A stretch of DNA of 60,047 nucleotides, counting the filler, from Circinaria calcarea (Eukaryota): NCBI GenBank assembly GCA_051942165.1. It is 8 parts of 8 records of this genome, joined end to end, with 100 filler letters (N's around TTAATTAATTAA, not from the genome) between each part and the next. Parts side by side here need not be neighbours in the genome. Positions count along the whole stretch, not along the records: positions 1 to 7,425 come from JAVECS010001331.1; positions 7,526 to 14,948 come from JAVECS010001332.1; 6 more parts are not named here. One strand, written 5' to 3'. Both the position numbers and the translations under genes were made by a program. A model generated the notes under the pieces. That model saw only the letters and a list, made by a program, of their open reading frames with translations. It had not been told where the DNA came from and searched no databases. Below, piece after piece: positions 1-10,018 of the stretch. Each line of letters begins with the position of its first letter. Position 1 is the stretch's first letter.

Positions 1-802
1 GACGAAGGGAGGGTTGGGGGGTGGAGGTGAAGGGTAAGGAAGGCTCCACAACTCCCTGGAGGGCAATAATCAGCAGACGAATACGGCGAAATCCAAATCA
101 ATACCAGTCTCAGCCAAAGGATTCGACGATCAAGCGTAAAGCCCCCGAAGTACACCAAAGAAAGGATCGGCCATGAACAGGTCAACTTCCCACGATAATG
201 GCGTCCGAAGTGGAAGGGACTGTGTAAGTTCAGCGGGAAACCATACATAGCTATTTCCCCTCTCGAAATAGACCGGTTCTACATCAGGCATAGTTAGGCA
301 GGTAAATAGAGAACAAGAGATGGGGTTATGAGGGCTAGACCACTACGTCCTGATGAAGATGGGGCCTGGGAGGATATGCACCTACCTGTGCTAGAAGCAT
401 GGTCGGTCTAGTATAGAAGATGGGGTAGTCGATTAGATACTTGTAATACCAAGGACACAGGTAAAGGCAGAGGCACAGGGTTTTCAAGATATATTTTAAG
501 ATAGCGTAGATATATACGTTATTGGATGTATAGAAGCTATCTAGCAAACAAAAAACCAACCAGCCACCAATATGCCAGTTCCTTTGCTACTCCCATTGTC
601 AACCACGCATAGCGTGTTAATCTGCTAGAGATCTCGGAGGTTCATTGCAAGGACATATACCTCACCTTACCCAATAATACTAGAAGGGTTTTCTGCTTGC
701 ACGCACCTCATCGAACGAAATCTGTGACGAGTATCAGCTATCACGGCTCCTCGCTGAAAAATGTGTGCAAACATTGGCAGAAATAGAAAGTGGAGCGGGG
801 GG

Positions 803-898
803 GTAATCAGTTCTCCAAGGTGAAATTAGGTGTTTTTCTTCAATGAAGTTGGGTTCTCGGAAAGAACACAGCGAATTGTTTTGGGATTCATCATGTAA
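803..898 (-). ncRNA. Box C/D snoRNA, U55/SNORD55-like; predicted dual guide for 25S Cm and 5.8S Am
   Basis: Box C ATGATGA 894-888, D' CCGA 860-857, C' TTGAAGA 843-837, D CTGA 810-807. D guide TTCACCTTGGAGA is antisense to LSU UCUCCAAGGUGAA. D' guide TTCGCTGTGTTCTT is antisense to 5.8S AAGAACGCAGCGAA with one G-U pair. Confidence 0.85.
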
Positions 899-1151
899 AG
901 ATTATTAAATATTGACCAGGGGGGGAGGGGGGAAGCTTACCGCTAATCGTTCAGCGGTTTAGTCTGTCCAAAAGGTTAGGTTTAGTTCCGCATCTGGTTT
1001 GAAAAACGCCGAGGAGTTAGTACAGCTGCACGAGATGATGAACTGGTGAAACTCCATAGCGGGCGGTAACAGGCCATTTGTGAAATCAGGCTCTAGGAAG
1101 GGTTGTTAACAAGGTTGACCCGGATGGATGAGGGAGAGGCCAGACAAACCA

Positions 1152-1255
1152 TTAAATCAGTATTTTCAGTGTTTGGTACGTTCATCACCAGACGAATGCC
1201 CTCGTTACAAGGCGGTTGTCGGTTCAAACAGTGTGAATGGTGTTCATCATTTTAA
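1152..1255 (-). ncRNA. snR51: Box C/D snoRNA, snR51-like (25S Um2729 and Um2724, yeast numbering)
   Basis: Box C ATGATGA 1250-1244, D' TTGA 1227-1224, C' GTGATGA 1188-1182, D CTGA 1160-1157, terminal TTAAA/TTTAA stem. Guides ATTCACACTG and ACACTGAAAAT are antisense to 25S GAUUUUCAGUGUGAAU. It is third in the order snR41-snR70-snR51. Confidence 0.85.
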
Positions 1256-1385
1256 AGAAAGTGGCCGTTGTTCAAGTAACGTAGGACGACGGGAAGAATG
1301 TACCTAGACAACATAGCAGATCAGTATACGAAACCTGCTATGAAACTTCTTGCGGTGGAATATGGCAAGTGTAGGTGTAGATGTG

Positions 1386-1525
1386 TTGATCAGCTGACGA
1401 GTTCTCAACAAGTACTTCTCCCGCCAAAAGCATCCACCAAGGTCTGTAACGCCTCGGCTTTGTATGGGTGCAGTGAGAAAGAGTACGCAGTCTGTCCGCC
1501 CGTTCGTTCAAAGTTCTTCATGTAT
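1386..1525 (-). ncRNA. snR70: Box C/D snoRNA snR70 (18S Cm1639)
   Basis: Box C ATGAAGA 1521-1515, guide ACGGGCGG followed by D' CAGA 1494-1491, D CTGA 1393-1390. The fifth nucleotide upstream of D' pairs with the C of CACCGC*CCGUC. It lies between snR41 and the snR51-like RNA, as in yeast. Confidence 0.8.
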
Positions 1526-1642
1526 TGCGTAGTACTAGGGAGGGAGTTGGTATGGGACGAGAGCTAATTACCTGCAGATGGTGTAGATATGTTAGCAGTG
1601 TTTCATTCGACTTTTGTGGTGCATTGGGAGGATTTCTCAGTC

Positions 1643-1737
1643 GGTGTCAGACAAGGCTGAAACTTTGTAAGAGACAGAATCGACATTGATTGTTCAGATT
1701 GAGGAATGCCTTTCCGCGTCGTATTGTCATCACACAA
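1643..1737 (-). ncRNA. snR41: Box C/D snoRNA snR41 (18S Gm1126)
   Basis: Box C GTGATGA 1733-1727, D' CTGA 1697-1694, D CTGA 1650-1647, short terminal stem. D guide AAGTTTCAGCCTTG is antisense to 18S CAAG*GCUGAAACUU. The D' guide GGCATTCCTC is unassigned. Confidence 0.88.
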
Positions 1738-1896
1738 GAGGGCAAGGTGTAAAGAAGCTTGGATAGGCCATACCTTAATAATGCATCATATTGGAGGTTT
1801 ACAGCACGATCGTTAATAACCTAGATAACTGCGATTCACCGTCAGCTCTTCGGCTCGAAATGAAGAAGTTGTAAAGCGCATGTTATGTTCTTGGGA

Positions 1897-1979
1897 AACA
1901 TCAGAGTAATTCTAGAGTAATGTTGATCATTCATGACGCTATATGATTTGGATTGTTCATGTAAAAGCTCATCTTGTGT
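1897..1979 (-). ncRNA. Box C/D snoRNA, U45/SNORD45-like (18S Am, equivalent to human Am159)
   Basis: Box C variant AAGATGA 1975-1969 and D CTGA 1904-1901. Guide CTCTAGAATTAC is antisense to 18S GUAA*UUCUAGAG. It lies inside intron 2010-1829. Confidence 0.78.
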
Positions 1980-2470
1980 AGCAATGTCATTGGAATAGGG
2001 AGAGACGTACGGTATGAAAACTAAATAGGACATGTTGATGTTGCAGCGTTATTGCACAATATTTGGAGGTTGAGAAAATTGGAAAGTCGACGATTTGTTA
2101 AAAGACCAAGACTATACTAGTGTGTCGGTTCTCGGATAAATACATGCTTCCGAATCCCTACGAGTCGCTCTACTCCGTAGCCTAGTAACTAAAACGGCAC
2201 AGACTGCAAAGAAGCAGATTATAGTAAAGAAGCTTCTTTAATTAGGGGTAACTCTCTTCTCAAAGTGAACCAAAGCCTTTCTAGCAATGCACTGGGCACA
2301 CTGACATTCATTATAACCGACGTAGCCACCTGGATATCCCTAACTCCGATTCGATGCAGCTGTGTACTGTACTCCAGAGACTTAGGCCTTTTAAGATACC
2401 TTACCTTAGCTCATTTGTAGTCTTCGGGAGCGTTCCCATCTGACTTCGAACTTGTGGTGAAGAGTTATGC

Positions 2471-4154
2471 CTAGGCAAGATCTTCTGCAACCTCCATCTC
2501 CTCGCCCTCCTCATCATCCTCAATCTCTGCGTCTCCCCCATCTCCATCTTCCACAAACACATTCTCTATTCCCACCTCTTTGAGCCTGGCTTGCATTTCC
2601 TCTCTCCTCTTATCCTGCCACCGCTGCAACGCCGCCGCGGCATGTACCTTGAAGCCAAAGATCCTGGGTTCATACCTCGAAATGGACTTATCCGGTATCA
2701 GGGCAGGGTAAACTTGAAAGAGTATGTTCTGGAAAGAGGAACCGAAATAGGCCCCATCGATGGTGGCATGGCGGGATGATTTCGGGTTGTATAGGTCTTC
2801 ACACTTTGCGCAGTATAGCTTTACGGTTTGAACATGAGGGAGATCGGCCATGCCGGTAGGGAGCAGATGCTCGGATTTGCAGTCGACTCGAGGGCATTTA
2901 CCAAAGTCGCCTTTCTTGAACTTCTCTAGCTTTACAAGAAGTAATTAGGCAAAGGCACCAACAAGGAAAGTGTGAACGTACCATCTTTGCTAGGCCCCTC
3001 GTTGTAGTAATATATCGAGCATGTACCAGGCCATAGAGATGTCTGGCAGACTTTTCTATCGTCTCCCGCATCTCGTCGTCGCAATCAAGATCGAAGACAT
3101 CTGTCACAAGATCTAAAGCATATTGGTAGTACTGAACATCGGTATTCAATCCAGTCAAATTGAAGCGGTCTGTCAGGTAGTCTTCGTCGATCTCACAGAA
3201 GTATTCATTGCCACGAGAAGATATAAACTGCGCCAGTAAAATTAGCTCAAGATCCCAACAACGCAGGCATGAAATTAGATACAGTCGAAAGAATGAAAAG
3301 GTGAAAATTTGAGGATTGACTAAAGAGAGCTTGAACGAGAGTAACATGCGTATGGTGCCATTGATTTTGGTATTGATCTTCGCGCACATTACTCCCACCC
3401 GGTGTATCTCGCCCTTGAGAGAAAGGTCGAAGTAGAAGACATTATGGCTCAAGCAGAATCATGTTGCCATACCCAGTGCTTGTACGGGTTGTAAAGGCTT
3501 ATAGACTCAAAGCCTTTCACTCGGTTATCCATACGTAGTAGTGCTCCGCCGAGGTTCTTTGCTCGACCGATAGTGACGATTGCCGACGAGGAACCATCGA
3601 TCTGTGATTGTTGAATAGTAGGAGCATGGTTTGATCGATGAACAGGGCACTCCCCAAGGCCATTCCCAAGCAAAAGCCGGTAAGGATCTGCTTTTTCGTC
3701 TACTTCTCTGATTGTAAACCGCTTTGAAGGCTTGAACAGGTGACTGACATCTGGGCAAGGGTGATGTCCCTGGCCTGCGGAAGGCTCGGAGGCCATCGGT
3801 CGTTGTTTTGGTCCGACGCATGGCCTCTTCTCTGGTTCATCATCGTCCTCCTTTTCTTTCGAAACCTCTTGGCTCGAGGACGAGGTGTCAAAGTGCTCAA
3901 CGAATGAAGACACGACAGAGGTAGTAACACCATCGGCCAGAAGGATCGACTTGGTCATCCTGAAAGATTTGAAAAAATACTGCAACTAATACATACCCCG
4001 CAGAGAACCTGTGTATTGAGATAGATGCTATGGAAAGAAGAGATCGAAGAGACGCAGATCTGAGTAAGCCGAATCAAAATAAGAAAGCTCGACCTACCCA
4101 GTCTCTCCAGTAACTCGTATAGTCACTATCCGTTTGGCTATTGAAGTCATCCAT
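2471..4154 (-). CDS. CKB2: Casein kinase II regulatory subunit beta (Ckb2-type), about 253 aa
   Basis: Exons 4154-4098 (MDDFNSQTDSDYTSYWRDW), 3227-2982 (FISSRGNEYFCEIDEDY..DRFNLTGL..LYGLVHARY) and 2929-2471 (FGKCPRVDC..KLYCAKC..IDGAYFG). CK2 beta zinc-ribbon motifs are present. Confidence 0.95.
3473..3979 (-). CDS. Putative alternative (first or cassette) coding exon within CK2 beta intron 1
   Basis: Stop-free frame with ATG at 3958 and a CAG acceptor ending at 3980. It ends ...LYNPYKHW at a phase-0 GTATGG donor (3472), in frame with exon 2. Confidence 0.6.
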
Positions 4155-4610
4155 CTTTGAATATCACTACCTCTGCGGCACTCGAAGGACTTTTCGAACA
4201 ATCCCCTATGAAATCTCCCTCCACATTTGTTCTCTAATATATCAGCGCATGATAGATGGGTTCAGATTGTGACTATGGTGGATCGAAAGATGTTTGCCTG
4301 CAAAGTAGTTCGGGTTGGTAGGGCTGACGGCTACGCCACAAGAAAAGGGAGTCTCACGCATGGGCACATTTACTGGCTATAACATAAACAAAGCTATTCG
4401 TCGTTATAATTGGCATATTTATAACATGAAGTTAATTACAGTACTAAAATAATTACATTCATCGCTGTCTCTTATTTCCTAAAGGTTCACCAATACAAAA
4501 ATTGAGGCCCCAATAGCAGATAGGAGGGCTGCTTTGGCTCATTCTCCGGTCGCTACATACATCTAACATTACATTTTTTGTTGCTATTCTATGTCGACTT
4601 CAATTACAGC

Positions 4611-7425
4611 TTATTCAGATCGCGATGAGAAGTAATCCTCGGGATCCTGGCTATCCTGCGGTGATACGCCAGTACTCCTAAGGTCTTCACTATCAGCGCC
4701 TGCCTCGTTTGCTTTGCCATTCTTAACCGCAGTCGGGCTGTATTCAGTATCGTGACCCTTTGGCCGAGGTGTGTTCAAGTTGACTGCTTGTGCATGAGAT
4801 AGATCGTTGAAGCTATTAGCAGGGCTGACTTTTAGGTTGATTCTCTCCATGGCCTCCCGCAATCTGAGACCCGACTCATCAAGCGCCATAAGGAACCGGG
4901 CAAGCTCTTTGCAAAGGTCCCAATCCCCAGCTGCTTTCGCCTTCTGAAAAAGCCGTATGCATTGTTCTGAGCTTGATTCAAGTTCTTCGAATGTATGTAA
5001 TACCAACAAGTATCCGCCTGCTGTCTTCAAAAGGCCTTTTTGTAAAGATTCCTCAAAGAGCTCTTGAGGTGGCGGTAGGTATGCGAATAGCGTACGCCAA
5101 GAGCGGACTTCAGTCTTTCGTGTGCATTGCACAAGGATGTCAAGATAGTCGGGAAAAGACGAGAGAAATGACAAAACCGAGGGCAGCAAGGCATGGTCCT
5201 TTGAAGGTGACGATTCTACTTCAGCGTCCAGCACCGTGTGAAGCAAGACCTCAAGAGCATGCGAATAGTACGGAAGCTGCCGATAATGACAGGATAGATT
5301 CAGAGCGGCAGTGGAGTCGTTTGTGGAAATATAATGATGAAGTATTGGGGGTAGGAATAGTTGTGTCTTCACGTCAGTTAGCCACTACGCTATCTTTTCA
5401 CGGAAATCACATACCCTGATAGTGAAGCGGAAGAAGGCAAAATATACATCACGACGCTGAACCAAGTCCAGATCAATACCTATGATAACTCCTTTTTTGA
5501 GTGCAATAGATGCAGGGTAAAAGTCTGTTGAAATGGATATTGGTAACTGTACGTCTTTGCCTCCTTCTGAAGATGGAGATTTCAAAAGATCCTGAATGTC
5601 GGTCCAACAATGGGTTTGTCGCCCATCAAAGTACCACAGCGAGTCTCGTAGCCCAGTCTCGGTCTGTACGCTGTCATCATCATTATTATCGTTGTTGCTC
5701 TCTTCTAATCTTGAATTCTCAATAGTAGTTGGCGGGATGTATTGGTCTCGTGTGAAGATGAAATACTCGACATCATATGCCACGATTCGCATATCATATT
5801 TCAAAGCACCATCATCATCTTTTGATGGTTGAAGCAAAACAAGCTTCGCATCGACAAGGAAAAGTACGGAAGCGTGGACAACGTCTTGGGATGGATCTCC
5901 ATCAACTGCCTGATGTCAACGCCAGCCACAAATAGGAAGAAAACGTACTAACATAGTTGGTAATCCGGGATAAACCATGTAACAGCACGAACACGGGCGG
6001 GTGCTCGCACAATGCCATGTAGGCCAATCTGGCCCATTTGCACAAGCTGCACGGCAGCGTTGGAAGCAGTAATCACATAATGATAGAGTATATTTTCTTG
6101 GGTATAGACCAGTAACGAGTCATCTCCGATCCGTGATGTTACCACTATAGGTGCGGGAAACTGCTCAGCGAAGACCAAGGAAGGTTTATTGAGTCCAAGC
6201 TCCCGCGAATAGAGATGTAACTAATACGGTTCAGCAAGTGCTATGAAGGACGTGCTATGTAAGATTTACTCACCTCATAACTTTCACCCACCTCCAAGGC
6301 AGCAATGAGTATATGCTCATGCCAGCACATACCACCCCGCACCGCGAATGCATTCTCAGCGTCGATATCATCAAATGTCTTCCATCGTCCACTATTAACA
6401 CTGTAGTGTGCGAGACCTCGCCGCCCCGCTACGGCAATATACCGACCGTCTGGCGAGACGGTAGCGCAACGAATAGGTTGCTGCCTTGCTAGATATAATG
6501 CTGGGATCTGCACCTGATGCCATAAAGATGGGTCTGCTGAAATGGGAACAAGGTTTGGTAAATCATGACCTCGATATAACATTAGAGATGAGGCAGTGTG
6601 AAGTAACATTCGTGAAAGGTTGGCAGCACTGAAGCAGCCTGTTACAGCGCTTTTCGCCAGCTCCATAACCCATATCCTACTTTCATTCGGAATAGTGAAT
6701 ATTATTTCAGACCCCCCACTAGTCCAGTGTGCGGACTGAATGCCGGTGAGCCAGCAGTCATCGTTGTCCTGAGATATTGCTAAGTCTGAACCAAAACTAC
6801 TGGCCCCTTGCTTTCCATAAACACTCCATATGACCCAGCCCCTCTCGTAGCAAACGAACAGGCAGTACCCATCAGGTGAGTAAGCTATGGAGGTAATGGG
6901 TCCTGTGGTCGACAGTGAAGCCGGAGGTGCCAAAGTATGTGAAATGGGAATATTTCCGACGTAATCTTTGGCAGTGTATACATGAACCGCTCCGTTGGCA
7001 CAGCCTATAGCAAGCAACGAAAATCTTGCATTGATGGCGCCTTTTGTAGCTGATGTATCTTCTTGACTTGGTGCGTGAAAGCCATATCCGCGGAATATTT
7101 TTTTCGATGTATCCGGTTCCTGGCGAGTCCCTGAACCTTTTTGGACAGCATACGCTCGACCATCGCTTGTGATGAAAATGTACAGACTCATCGCTCGATC
7201 ATATATCATATCCAGAATGTTGCTCTTCTTGTTCATCCATGGCATCCGGTTCAGAAGTTCAGTAGCTGTCTGGGCTCCATTGTTATCTGGCGTCCAGCGT
7301 ATGCATTGTACCGCTGCAGGCCTCTTCGTGGCTACTACGAGCTCGTCCTCTAGTGCCAGCACCTTATCGATCCCAGCATCTATTTTGATGATCATCCGAA
7401 ACCGAATATTAACCTCGCGCTGGCC
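4611..7425 (-). CDS. RIC1: Ric1 (Ric1-Rgp1 GEF subunit), 5'-truncated by the contig end
   Basis: WD-like N-terminal part (SPDGRYIAVAGRRGLAHYS..GRWK) and RIC1 domain (CTRKTEVRSWRTLF..KTAGGYLLVL..DWDLCKELARFL). Three introns link the ORFs at 6241-7395, 5948-6178, 5385-5837 and 4611-5372. Confidence 0.9.
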
Positions 7426-7525
7426 NNNNNNNNNNNNNNNNNNNNNNNNNNNNNNNNNNNNNNNNNNNNTTAATTAATTAANNNNNNNNNNNNNNNNNNN
7501 NNNNNNNNNNNNNNNNNNNNNNNNN
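7426..7525. other. Artificial contig linker
   Basis: 44 N + TTAATTAATTAA (stop codons in all six frames) + 44 N. Confidence 0.99.
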
Positions 7526-7756
7526 GGGCTGTTCCTGGGGGAGTTGCTGGGGGGAGGGAAAAGAGTATGCGGAGTTTTTAGAAAACCCCCCGTCCCTCCC
7601 TCGTCTCGGACTTTTTGGTTGAGGGGTAACTTCCGTACCTAAACAACACCGTATGGATAATAGGAGTTTCCGGTTCCACAGTGATGACAGTAATGCTTGG
7701 CTTGGTTTTCTACCCACCGCCAAAACCAAAACCAAAACCAAAACCAAAAACCAACC

Positions 7757-8735
7757 ATGTCCGCCAGACTAAACCGTCGTTTCCTCGGAATCAAACCGGC
7801 AACCAGGTAGCCCGTCCCCGCGGACCCCTTGCCCAAACGCAGAATCTTTCCCAAGCTCAAGCCAGCCTCACTTCCTTCCAGGGCCACCGCTCTGTAGCCA
7901 GCAACTACCTCCGTCTGCCAGGCTGGACCGTCCGTGGCATCACACGCCATCCCAGCAAAACCATCCATTACTCGCCTTACCGCCCAGAGCGTTAACATAC
8001 TCCGCGCCGACATCAACGACACAGCCTCCCTAGTCGCAGCTTTCTAAGGGCTTATGCTATTTCCGCAGTCACAGGCTTCTGGACCGCGTTTTTCGGTGCC
8101 GAGAGTCAAGCTTTGGCGGCGGGAAAGGGGGCGCGGAAGTGGGGCGACAGCAAGTATACGTGGGTGTACCATTCCGAGAGCAAAGCACTGGTAGTGGAGT
8201 GTATCCGTAGGGAGCTACCAGCGTTGGCAGAGGAAATGCCGACGGTTCAGATTGGCAATTGTACTACGAAGTGGAAGCTTTTCACGGCGTTTGGGCCGAG
8301 AAGGTAATGGGGTTTCCTGTTTCATGCGAGGAACGCTGACTGCATGTAGTAACGTCATGGGAGCTTTGTACTAAAAGTTCTTCATGCGTCCCCTGGAAAG
8401 ATGTCATTGGGTATGGAAGTCCGATCAGCAATAATGACTTTGTGAGGTCATGGTCAAGTATTCTCAATGTACAGGAAGTGTTCAAGCAATTTTCCAAGAA
8501 AGAGTTTGCTGAAGGATTCCGAGATGAGATGGGAAAAAAAAGCAGAGGCATTAGAGTGCGCTGTGGGTTTTGGCCTTTGCCGGTGGTGATCCTAGTGTCG
8601 TGCACCCGAAAGAAGTGAGTACGAATATTTCCGTACCAATGGAGCTTTTATCATAATCGAAATCGATCAACTGTCAAGCTTGGAGTTGAGTTGCCAATAA
8701 CCAGTATGGGGGAATACATCAAGGGCGAATATTAG
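7757..8735 (+). pseudogene. NmrA/HSCARG-like NAD(P)-binding pseudogene
   Basis: Fragments across frames: TGNQ|G.SVA..YL.LPGWTVRGITR, RADINDTASLVAAF*, AYAISAVTGFW, KYTWVYHSESKA, GGDPSVVHPKE|LGV. Several frameshifts and stops. Confidence 0.75.
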
Positions 8736-9243
8736 ACATTAATCCTCAGGCTCAGCACCCAATGTAACTATGAGTAGAAATGCCACAAGGAAAGACTGGT
8801 TCGAGATTTAAAAAAAATTGAAAGGAGATACTCCTCAAGTTCCAAGTTCATTTGTCGCAGCTCGAGGCCTTAATTGAAAAGCTTTCCCAGAGGAACCAAA
8901 CCACCCATTTCTTGCTTGATAATCGAACATCTTGCCTAGAGTGTATCCTCTAAGATCTCAGAGTGACGTGACAGCTGATATGTCCAAGGAACTGGAGTCA
9001 TGATTGTAATCGGAAGTTCGCATTTGGAAGAACTCTCAAGTTTCGCAAACCTGACTAATGCCATGCACCAATACTTATCGACTGTGGTGCAAAAACAAGT
9101 AATGAAACACGTCAGACAAGGGAGATATAATAGCAAATAGTGGGTATCTTCATGGAATAGAGAATAGCGGGCAGTGAAATGTAGGATGGCGGAACCACCA
9201 GGAATGATAAGAAAAGCATGCCATCCATTGAGAGGGGTGCGCT

Positions 9244-9671
9244 TCATTCTCCGCTCTGCTTCCATTCGAATTCTAATCGGCTATGTCAACGCTGTCTTAT
9301 GTGGTATGCCATCATGAAAGACTTACTCTGCCTACACATCGGACATAGACCTTTCGATGAGTCTTGTTGGATCCAGGTAAGTAGGCAGTGCTACGAACAG
9401 TAAGCGTCCTGACATCAAAGTTGTGTAATATAGATACTAACCATATGAAAGGAGTGACCACACTTTCCGATGACTGCGCGAATGGTAAGCGTTGAAGGAC
9501 CTAAAGATGGACCTTCACAGAGAACTCACGCAGGGTACAATCATCACCGGGGTACTTGCAAGTCGGACAAGTCCCATCGAACTGCACCCGACATATTCCA
9601 CAAACATCATCCTCTGGCATGTCCCATCGCCATGACGCCACCCCGTTCCACTGCTTGATAACCACCTTCAT
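9244..9671 (-). CDS. APC11: Anaphase-promoting complex subunit 11 (RING-H2)
   Basis: Exons 9671-9530, 9473-9442, 9390-9327 and 9272-9244 give MKVVIKQWNGVASWRW..CGICRVQFDGTCPTCKYPGDDC..CGHSFHMHCLLTWI..CPMCRQKFEWK. Confidence 0.95.
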
Positions 9672-10018
9672 GGTTTCAGCCGAGCTCACTCTAGGGCCGT
9701 CCAAAACTAATAGTTTCCTTGAGAGCTTGCTCCTGCCTGCGAGATAGACCTTTTCAGGACGTAGTAACTCTACTGTTCGAGTTTCGGCTTTGGCGAGTCA
9801 AATGAAGCACATGTTCGGAACTGGATCTGTCCACGGCGTTTTGTTTATTAGATCTGTAGCTTGTTCGCTTAAAATAATCCTACTATCTTATCTAATCAGA
9901 TGTCTCTGAGACGAGTGACAAGCCATTTAGAGACTCTATTCCCCGTACCCGAAGTGAGCATATTGTTTGCTGCACTGGATGAGTGAGAGTATGAGGATGC
10001 CATGACGAGAACACAGTC

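Larger units (their letters stand above)
587..2060 (-). ncRNA. Non-coding, multi-intron snoRNA host transcript (ends approximate)
   Basis: Six GT-AG introns on the minus strand: 2010-1829 (GTACGT, GCTGAC, CAG), 1773-1572 (GTATGG, GCTAAC, CAG), 1571-1304 (GTAATT, ACTGAT, TAG), 1303-1093 or to 994 (GTACAT), 940-754 (GTAAGC), 670-587. No long ORF is present. The first five introns each hold one C/D snoRNA. Confidence 0.85.

Noticed and set aside
1..560. TpA-rich stretch suggesting a RIP-mutated transposon
   Set aside because: No terminal repeats or transposase/RT motifs are recognisable, and a RIP index was not computed.
1298..2033. Short ORFs 1298-1567 (+) and 1842-2033 (-)
   Set aside because: They overlap snoRNA-bearing introns and show no protein-family features.
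3228..3452. TTG-initiated N-terminal extension of CK2 beta exon 2
   Set aside because: It lies in intronic sequence with a polypyrimidine tract and branch site; splicing explains it better.
7470..7481. Regularly spaced TTAATTAATTAA as a CRISPR-like or biological repeat
   Set aside because: It is an assembly linker embedded in N runs.
8936..9265. 109-aa ORF overlapping the APC11 3' end
   Set aside because: No recognisable motif; probably 3' UTR.
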